A program made the position numbers and the translations under genes. 64,000 nt of DNA from a bacterium (GTDB lineage Bacteria; Patescibacteriota; Minisyncoccia; UBA6257; 02-FULL-45-10c), in assembly GCA_030646555.1 (NCBI GenBank), contig JAUSKP010000048.1:2236-66235 (forward strand), written 5' to 3'. The stretch's first letter is position 1. Every line of letters starts with the position of its first letter. Shown here piece by piece: positions 18,101 through 24,431 of this stretch. The notes beneath the pieces are model-generated. The model was not told where the DNA came from. It was given only the letters and a program-made list of their open reading frames with translations, and ran no database searches.

Positions 18101-19525
18101 ATGTTCGATCTCATACCTTTAATTAAAGCAATCGGATATCTCGGTATTTTTATAATTGTTTTTGCCGAATCAGGGCTTTTTATCGGATTTTTTTTGCCGG
18201 GAGACAGCCTGATTTTTACGGCCGGTTTTTTGGCATCCCAAGGATTTTTAAATATTTGGGATCTGATATTTTTAATATTTATCGCTGCCGTTATTGGCGA
18301 TAATTTTGGCTATGCTTTCGGAAAAAAAGTTGGCCCCATGATATTCAAAAGAGAGGATTCATTTTTATTCCATAAAGATAATTTAAACAAAGCTAAGATG
18401 TTTTATGAGAAATATGGCGGAAAGGCGATAATTCTGGCGAGGTTTATGCCAGGCATTAGGACGTTTGCTCCAATTTTAGCTGGAGTCGGAAAAATGCAGT
18501 ACAGCAAATTTTTATCATTCAATATTATTGGCGGAGCTCTTTGGGGCATTGGATTACCTTTGCTTGGATACTATTTAGGGAACGTTATTCCAAATATAGA
18601 CAGGTATATTGTCTTTATAGTTCTTTTAATCATATTTATTTCAGTTTCCCCTATGATTTGGCACGTTGTAAAAGACAAAGCTACCAGGGATCGCATTTTA
18701 AATACTTTGTTAAACGCCCTGCATACTAAAGCAACAAAATATGCGGGCAAATTGGTTGTTTTTAACTGGAAAATGAATCCGGAAACTTTAGAAAGCGCGA
18801 TAGATATGGCAAGAAAAAGTGATCATAAAAATATCGTGGTTGCGCCGCCGTTCGTATTTATTGAAGAAATTGGAAAAATTATTAAAACAGCCAAACTTGG
18901 AGCCCAGGACTTATTTTATAAAAATACAAATGGAGGATCTTTTACGGGGGAAATATCTGCGTCAGAACTTGTTAATTTAGGAGTAAAATATGCAATTATC
19001 GGTCATTCGGAAAGACGGGCTATGGGTGAAAGCGATGAAATAATATCTAAAAAAATAAAAACGGCATTGGATAACGGGCTTATTCCAATACTTTGCGTGG
19101 GCGAATCCAAAAAAGAATCAGGAAGTATGAATAATGAATTAAGCGTTTCATCGAAAGAGTTTGTCAGGGATCAATTAGAAAAAGACCTATTTCTTATTCG
19201 TAATTCATCATTCTCAATTCACAATTCTCTCATCGTCGCCTACGAACCAATTTGGGCAATCGGCACCGGGAATAATTGTTCTCCGGAAGTTGCTCTGGAA
19301 ATGATCAAATTTATTAAAAGTCTTTCCGGGTCATTAGCTCCGGCGCTCGCTAAAAGCGAGGTCGGAGTCCCGACCGCTGAGCGCGTCGGGATTGTTGGTT
19401 GTAGGTTGTTAGTTTTATATGGCGGCTCCGTTAACTCAAAAAATATAAGTGATTTTCTTAAATATAAGGAGATAGATGGAGTTTTGGTTGGGGGAGCAAG
19501 TTTAGATCCAAAACTATTTTTTTGA
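18101..19525 (+). CDS. tpiA: fusion protein: DedA/SNARE-associated membrane domain + triosephosphate isomerase
   Basis: The first ~190 aa carry DedA motifs (FLPGDSLIFTAGFLA..., ILARFMPGIRTFAPILAGVGKM). A TIM barrel follows with NWKMN, IGHSERR, AYEPIWAIGTG, YGGSV. Single uninterrupted frame of 474 aa. Confidence 0.8.
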   Translation: MFDLIPLIKAIGYLGIFIIVFAESGLFIGFFLPGDSLIFTAGFLASQGFLNIWDLIFLIFIAAVIGDNFGYAFGKKVGPMIFKREDSFLFHKDNLNKAKMFYEKYGGKAIILARFMPGIRTFAPILAGVGKMQYSKFLSFNIIGGALWGIGLPLLGYYLGNVIPNIDRYIVFIVLLIIFISVSPMIWHVVKDKATRDRILNTLLNALHTKATKYAGKLVVFNWKMNPETLESAIDMARKSDHKNIVVAPPFVFIEEIGKIIKTAKLGAQDLFYKNTNGGSFTGEISASELVNLGVKYAIIGHSERRAMGESDEIISKKIKTALDNGLIPILCVGESKKESGSMNNELSVSSKEFVRDQLEKDLFLIRNSSFSIHNSLIVAYEPIWAIGTGNNCSPEVALEMIKFIKSLSGSLAPALAKSEVGVPTAERVGIVGCRLLVLYGGSVNSKNISDFLKYKEIDGVLVGGASLDPKLFF

Positions 19526-19569
19526 AAAAATCGAAATCCATATTTTTTAATTTTATTTTTCCTTCCCAT

Positions 19570-19667
19570 CTGTCATTGCGAGGAGTCTGCGACGTGGCAA
19601 TCCAGTTCTTTTTCTAGATTCCAGCCGTAGTTTACCCTCGAGCTACATCGGGGGCTGGAATGACAGA
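19570..19667. repeat. composite palindromic element (B-unit TGTCATTGCGAGGAGTCTGCGACGTGGCAATC + inverted A-like hairpin ...GGCTGGAATGACAGA)
   Basis: Terminal inverted motifs TGTCATTGCG / GGAATGACA. Internal 9-bp stem ATTCCAGCC/GGCTGGAAT. Lies immediately 3' of the dedA-tpiA fusion gene. Confidence 0.8.
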
Positions 19668-19721
19668 AAAATTATATGTTATTATATAATTGTATTGAGT
19701 ATTTAAATATAAATAAAAAAA

Positions 19722-19858
19722 TGGATCCCGCACATAACAAAGATAATTAATTTGTATGTGCAGATTCAAAAATAAAGTAATAAAGTCGTTTAAAATAATA
19801 ATTAATAAAAACAGAGAGTAAGAAAGCTTTGTTTTCAAATCTTTGTTATGTGCGGGAT
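19722..19858. repeat. perfect 20-bp inverted repeat (ATCCCGCACATAACAAAGAT / ATCTTTGTTATGTGCGGGAT) flanking ~97 nt of AT-rich DNA
   Basis: Arms at 19722-19741 and 19839-19858. The right arm overlaps the first possible start codon of the SIMPL gene. Confidence 0.7.
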
Positions 19859-20624
19859 GGATAATAATTTAGAATCATTAAAAAAATATTTTTGGCCTAT
19901 TTTAAACATATTATTAATAGTTTTGGTGATTTTGGGCATATTTTCAGTTAGCGCGTTGCGCCGGTATGTTGATACCACTTCTTCAAATCGCACGATCTCT
20001 GTTTCAGCTGAAGGCAAAACTGTGGTTACTCCGGACATAGCTAAGATTAATTTTTCTGTTGTGACCGAAGGCGCCGATACCGTTAAAATATCCGAAGAAA
20101 ATATTAAGAAAATGAATAAGGCCATTGATTTTGTAAAGTCGCAGGGGATCGGATCAAAAGATATCCAAACGGCAGGATACAGCCTTTCTCCAAAATATGA
20201 ATACAACGAAGATAAGAGGGAAAGTTTCATTAGCGGCTACACATTAACCCAGACCATCTATATTCAGATCCGTGATTTTTCAAAGATTAGCGGCATTTTA
20301 GGCGCGTTGCCCGGACTCGGCGTTAACAACATAAGCTCCCTGTCTTTTGCCATAGAAAACCAAGATGAAGCTTTGAAAGTTGCGCGTGATCAGGCTTTTG
20401 AGAAAGCTTTTGTAAAAGCCAGAGAAATGGCAAAACAAAATGGAGTAAGAATTAAAAGAGTGGTCACTTTTTCCGATTATCAAAACAATTACCCAATCTA
20501 CGCTAAAACAATGAGTTATGGAATCGGTGGAGGAGCGACCGATGAAGCAGTTCGGGCACCATCAATTGAGCCGGGTAGCCAAGAAGTGACCGTAAATGTG
20601 AGCATAACCTACGAAATAGATTAA
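19857..20624 (+). CDS. SIMPL (DUF541) domain periplasmic protein
   Basis: N-terminal TM/signal, then ISVSAEGK..V.PD.A...FSV..E.....A...N...M..A...VK..G....DIQT..YS..P.Y. Start at ATG 19857 because ATG 19848 lies inside the inverted-repeat arm. Confidence 0.65.
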   Translation: MDNNLESLKKYFWPILNILLIVLVILGIFSVSALRRYVDTTSSNRTISVSAEGKTVVTPDIAKINFSVVTEGADTVKISEENIKKMNKAIDFVKSQGIGSKDIQTAGYSLSPKYEYNEDKRESFISGYTLTQTIYIQIRDFSKISGILGALPGLGVNNISSLSFAIENQDEALKVARDQAFEKAFVKAREMAKQNGVRIKRVVTFSDYQNNYPIYAKTMSYGIGGGATDEAVRAPSIEPGSQEVTVNVSITYEID

Positions 20625-20627
20625 AAA

Positions 20628-21083
20628 ATGATAGCAAGATTTAGTAATTTGAAAGAAAGGTATCCTTTTATTCCTCAATTCATCAGATTCTTCCTTGTTG
20701 GAGCTATAAATACCGGAATAGATTTCGCGGTGCTGAATTTTCTTATTTTTTTTACCGAAAAAAGCAGCGGTGTTTACTATCCAGTTTTTAAATTTATTTC
20801 TTTTATGATTGCGGTCACCAATAGCTATTTTATGAATAAATATTGGACTTTCAAGTCCGATGATGCGTGCGGCGCAAAGCCTGGTGAATTTTTGAAGTTT
20901 TTGGGCGTTTATTTGGTTGGCGCAATAGTTAATGTCGGCGTTGCCACATATGTAGTAAATTACATTAGCGCCCCAATCGGATTTTCACCGGTCTTATGGG
21001 CGAATGTAGGGGCCTGTTTTGCAGTAGTGTTTACTCTTACTTGGAATTTCGTAGGTCTTAAATTTATAGTTTTTAAGAAATAA
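20628..21083 (+). CDS. GtrA-family membrane protein (polysaccharide synthesis/translocation associated)
   Basis: FIRFFLVGAINTGIDFAVLNFLIF N-terminal signature; 4 TM helices; 151 aa. Confidence 0.65.
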   Translation: MIARFSNLKERYPFIPQFIRFFLVGAINTGIDFAVLNFLIFFTEKSSGVYYPVFKFISFMIAVTNSYFMNKYWTFKSDDACGAKPGEFLKFLGVYLVGAIVNVGVATYVVNYISAPIGFSPVLWANVGACFAVVFTLTWNFVGLKFIVFKK

Positions 21084-21153
21084 ATTTAAACTTTAGTCCT
21101 TAGAAAATTGGAACGTGTTTTAAGATATATCTTATATGACGTTCTAAATTTGA

Positions 21154-21186
21154 CAAGAATGAGAAAATAGTGTATATTATACACTC
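21154..21186 (+). promoter_or_regulatory. sigma70-type promoter (TTGACA-17-TATATT) with overlapping palindromic operator AGTGTATA-T-TATACACT
   Basis: -35 TTGACA at 21154-21159, 17-nt spacer, -10 TATATT. An 8-bp perfect inverted repeat is centred on the -10. A near-identical module occurs at 29763-29800. Confidence 0.65.
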
Positions 21187-21231
21187 AAGTGAATTGTTCG
21201 TTCCAAATTCAGAAAAAGGAGATAAAAAAGA

Positions 21232-21369
21232 TGTCAGAACCGAAAAAAGAGCTGAGTAGCGAGGATCAGAAAAGCGAGGAGGCTTTTGCCGATCTGGTCT
21301 TTGCTAGCGAAAATGCGGTTATGGACAAAACCGGCTGGTTCGAAGTTCCGGTAAAGGCAGGGGAATAAG
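21232..21369 (+). CDS. small acidic protein (45 aa), hypothetical
   Basis: MSEPKKELSSEDQKSEEAFADLVFASENAVMDKTGWFEVPVKAGE. Strong RBS AAAGGAG 8 nt upstream, consensus promoter before it and a terminator after it. Below the ORF-track length cutoff. Confidence 0.45.
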
Positions 21370-21377
21370 TTTCAATA

Positions 21378-21412
21378 AAAGGGCGGATCTAATATGATTT
21401 CGCCCTTTTTTA
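21378..21412 (+). terminator. rho-independent terminator
   Basis: Stem AAGGGCG/CGCCCTT followed by TTTTTTATTT. Confidence 0.6.
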
Positions 21413-21466
21413 TTTGATGTTTTTAAGTTATAATCTTATTTAAGATTAGTAAAAAGAAAAAATTTA

Positions 21467-21577
21467 TGTCATTCCGGGCTCGACCCGGAATCCAGTCCGT
21501 CATTGCGAGCCCTAAAGGGGCGTGGCAATCTAATGAATTACTAGAGATTGCTTCGTCGCAGACTTCTCGCAATGACG
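21467..21577. repeat. composite palindromic element (A-unit, B-unit, spacer, inverted B-unit)
   Basis: TGTCATTCCGGGCTCGACCCGGAATCC + GTCATTGCGAGCCCTAAAGGGGCGTGGCAATC ... GATTGCTTCGTCGCAGACTTCTCGCAATGACG. Confidence 0.8.
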
Positions 21578-21606
21578 AAGATAATAATTAAAATTAGTAA
21601 AAATAT

Positions 21607-21921
21607 ATGAACTTAGATATTAAGGCAACAAATTTAGAATTAACTCCCGCTATTAAGCAGTATATTGAAACCAAAATTTCCGGGCTTTCCAAATTTTTAG
21701 AGAAATGGGAAAAATCCGGCAAAATAAACGTTAAATTTGAATTGGCCAGAACCACTAACCACCATAGCAAGGGTGAAGTTTTTTACGCTGAAATGAATCT
21801 TAATTTGGGAGAAAAAATGCTCCGCGCCGAACATTCAGCCGAGGATGCGTATAAAGCGATAGATAAAGTGAAAGACATAATGAAAGAAGAAATTATTGAG
21901 TTTAAAGAAAAGTCTGAGTAA
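21607..21921 (+). CDS. hpf: ribosome hibernation promoting factor / RaiA family (short form)
   Basis: MNLDIKATNLELTPAIKQYIETKISGLSKFL...YKAID.V; 104 aa. Confidence 0.85.
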   Translation: MNLDIKATNLELTPAIKQYIETKISGLSKFLEKWEKSGKINVKFELARTTNHHSKGEVFYAEMNLNLGEKMLRAEHSAEDAYKAIDKVKDIMKEEIIEFKEKSE

Positions 21922-21944
21922 AAATATAATACTCGTCATTGCGA

Positions 21945-22007
21945 TTGCCGCTGAAGCAATCTATTTTAATCACGAGATTGCCACGTCGCAGACTCCTCGC
22001 AATGACA
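21945..22007. repeat. composite palindromic element (B-variant + inverted B-unit) between hpf and secA
   Basis: GTCATTGCGATTGCCGCTGAAGCAATC ... GATTGCCACGTCGCAGACTCCTCGCAATGACAGA. Ends 10 nt before the secA ATG. Confidence 0.8.
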
Positions 22008-22016
22008 GAAAAATAA

Positions 22017-24365
22017 ATGTTTAACTTTTTTTCTTTTTTTGATCCGGTCAAGAAGCTTAAACCGGTTATTGAAAAAATAAATGATCTGGAAAAAGAAATA
22101 TCTTCTTTGAGCAATGAACAGCTTTTGGAAGAAAGCAAAAAACTTTTTGAAATAGAAATAGGCGAGAATGAATTGGTAAAAGGTTTTGCTTTAGTCAGAG
22201 AAACTGCCAAGAGAAATCTTGGCCAGCGTCATTTTGATGTCCAGCTGATGGGCGGCTTGGCGCTCCACGAAGGAAGAATTGCTGAAATGGCAACCGGTGA
22301 AGGAAAAACATTGGCTTCCACCGCGCCGATATATTTGAATGCGCTTTCCAAAAAAGGCGTTCACGTGGTAACCGTCAATGAATATTTAGCCAAAAGAGAT
22401 GCTGTTTGGATGGGCCAAATTTATCATGCTTTGGGGCTTTCTGTGGCTTGTTTGATCCACGAAGGCGCTTTGATGTATGACCCAAAATACATCTCTAAAA
22501 ACGCTGAAACGCTCATAGACAGGGAAAGGGACACAACCGGCAGTTTTATGGTGCAAGGCGAGTATTTAAGGCCAATTTCGCGCAAAGAAGCCTATTTAGC
22601 GGACATTACCTATGGCACAAACCATGAATTCGGCTTTGACTACCTAAGGGACAATTTAGCTTATTCTAGCGGAAACCAGGCGCAAAGAGGGCATAATTAT
22701 GTAGTAATTGATGAAATAGACAGCATTTTAATTGATGAAGCTAGGACCCCGCTTATTATTTCTGCTCCGGACGAAGAATCCAGCGATTTTTATAAGCAAT
22801 TTTCGCGCATAGTTTCCATGCTCAAAAAGGACGAGGATTATATAATTGACGAGAAAATGAAGTCGGCCGACATCACCGACGAAGGAATAAATAAAGTTGA
22901 AAAAGCTTTAAAGATAAAAAATCTTTATGATCCGGAAAATCTGAGACTGACCCGATATTTGCAGGAAACCCTGAAAGCTTACGGTTTGTTCAGGCGAGAC
23001 AAAGATTATGTGGTAAAAAATAATGAAGTAATTATCGTTGACCAGTTTACCGGCAGGCTTATGCCGGGCAGAAGATATTCCGGCGGATTGCATCAGGCCT
23101 TGGAGGCGAAAGAAAATGCGCAAGTTCAAAATGAATCCAGGACCTATGCGCAAATTACAATTCAAAATTATTTCAGGCTTTATAAAAAGATTGGGGGTAT
23201 GACCGGCACTGCCAGGACTTCAGCCGAGGAATTTGAAAAAGTATACGGACTGAAAGTTTTAAATATTCCGACCAATAAACCTTTGGCGAGAATTGATCAG
23301 CCAGACTTGATTTATAAAAACGAAGGCGCGAAATACAACGCCATTATTGAAGATGTTAAAGAAAGGCAAAAAATGGGTCAGCCGATACTCATCGGTTCAA
23401 TTTCTATAGAAAAAAATGAAATTTTGTCTAATTTGCTTAATAAATTCGGCGTGAGACACGAAATATTAAATGCTAAAAATCATGAACGTGAGGGCGCCAT
23501 TATTGCCCAGGCAGGAAGAGTCGGGGCCGTGACAGTCGCCACTAATATGGCGGGCCGTGGTGTAGATATTGTTCTTGGCGGCAATCCGGTGGATCCGGTA
23601 GAAAACCAAAAGGTAAAAGAATTGGGCGGACTCCACGTGATCGGCACGGAAAGGCACGAGGCTAGAAGAATTGACTATCAGCTTCAGGGACGAAGCGGAA
23701 GGCAGGGAGATCAAGGCTCATCCCAGTTTTTCCTTTCCTTGGAAGATGATCTTTTGCGTGTTTTTGGCGGAGAAAGAATTAAAAATTTAATGGAAAATTT
23801 TAATATCCCTGAAAATATGCCAATTGAATCGGGGATTGTGTCCAAAGCAGTTTCTCAAGCTCAAACCAAAATTGAAGGATTTAATTTTGACTCAAGAAAA
23901 AATTTGCTTGATTATGACGACATTTTAAATAAACAAAGACTCTCTGTTTATAAGAAACGCCAGGAAATGCTTGAAAAAAGTACTCATCCACAAATACTTT
24001 CTGTTTTAGATCTGTTTTGGATGAATCATTTGGAAAGTATGGAGGCCCTGCGGGAATCTGTGAGAATAAGGGCTTATGGCCAGCATGATCCGCTTGTTGA
24101 ATATCGCCGTGAAAGCCACGTTTTATATAGGCAGATGCTGGAGGGTTTTGAGAAATGGCTTGTTGAAAATAAAGAAAAAATTGAGGAAATGATTAAACAA
24201 CAAGCAGCCTCCTCTGTCATTCCCGCGAAAGCGGGAATCCAGGAAAAGAACTGGATTCCGGGTCAAGCCCGGAATGACAACAAGATGAATGGCCAAAAAG
24301 TTGGCAGAAATGATAATTGTCCATGCGGAAGCGGAAAAAAATACAAAAAGTGCCACGGAAAATAA
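22017..24365 (+). CDS. secA: preprotein translocase ATPase SecA with C-terminal zinc-binding tail and an in-frame repeat-encoded insertion
   Basis: DEAD-like motor motifs (MATGEGKT, VIDEIDSILIDEARTPLIIS), C-terminal CPCGSGKKYKKCHGK. Residues VIPAKAGIQEKNWIPGQARND are encoded by an A-family repeat pair. Confidence 0.9.
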   Translation: MFNFFSFFDPVKKLKPVIEKINDLEKEISSLSNEQLLEESKKLFEIEIGENELVKGFALVRETAKRNLGQRHFDVQLMGGLALHEGRIAEMATGEGKTLASTAPIYLNALSKKGVHVVTVNEYLAKRDAVWMGQIYHALGLSVACLIHEGALMYDPKYISKNAETLIDRERDTTGSFMVQGEYLRPISRKEAYLADITYGTNHEFGFDYLRDNLAYSSGNQAQRGHNYVVIDEIDSILIDEARTPLIISAPDEESSDFYKQFSRIVSMLKKDEDYIIDEKMKSADITDEGINKVEKALKIKNLYDPENLRLTRYLQETLKAYGLFRRDKDYVVKNNEVIIVDQFTGRLMPGRRYSGGLHQALEAKENAQVQNESRTYAQITIQNYFRLYKKIGGMTGTARTSAEEFEKVYGLKVLNIPTNKPLARIDQPDLIYKNEGAKYNAIIEDVKERQKMGQPILIGSISIEKNEILSNLLNKFGVRHEILNAKNHEREGAIIAQAGRVGAVTVATNMAGRGVDIVLGGNPVDPVENQKVKELGGLHVIGTERHEARRIDYQLQGRSGRQGDQGSSQFFLSLEDDLLRVFGGERIKNLMENFNIPENMPIESGIVSKAVSQAQTKIEGFNFDSRKNLLDYDDILNKQRLSVYKKRQEMLEKSTHPQILSVLDLFWMNHLESMEALRESVRIRAYGQHDPLVEYRRESHVLYRQMLEGFEKWLVENKEKIEEMIKQQAASSVIPAKAGIQEKNWIPGQARNDNKMNGQKVGRNDNCPCGSGKKYKKCHGK
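24215..24279. repeat. A-family repeat pair inserted in-frame in the secA 3' end
   Basis: TGTCATTCCCGCGAAAGCGGGAATCCAG...GGATTCCGGGTCAAGCCCGGAATGACA translates in the secA frame as SVIPAKAGIQEKNWIPGQARND. Confidence 0.8.
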
Positions 24366-24391
24366 TTTTAGGAAGTCCGACTTCCTAAATT

Positions 24392-24422
24392 AAAAACCTC
24401 CAAAATTTTGGAGGTTTTTTTG
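24392..24422. terminator. bidirectional rho-independent terminator between secA and the pilin-like gene
   Basis: Palindrome CCTCCAAAATTTTGGAGG followed by TTTTTTT and preceded by AAAAA. An additional hairpin AGGAAGTCCGACTTCCT lies at 24370-24386. Confidence 0.75.
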
Positions 24423-24431
24423 CTTCTAAAC

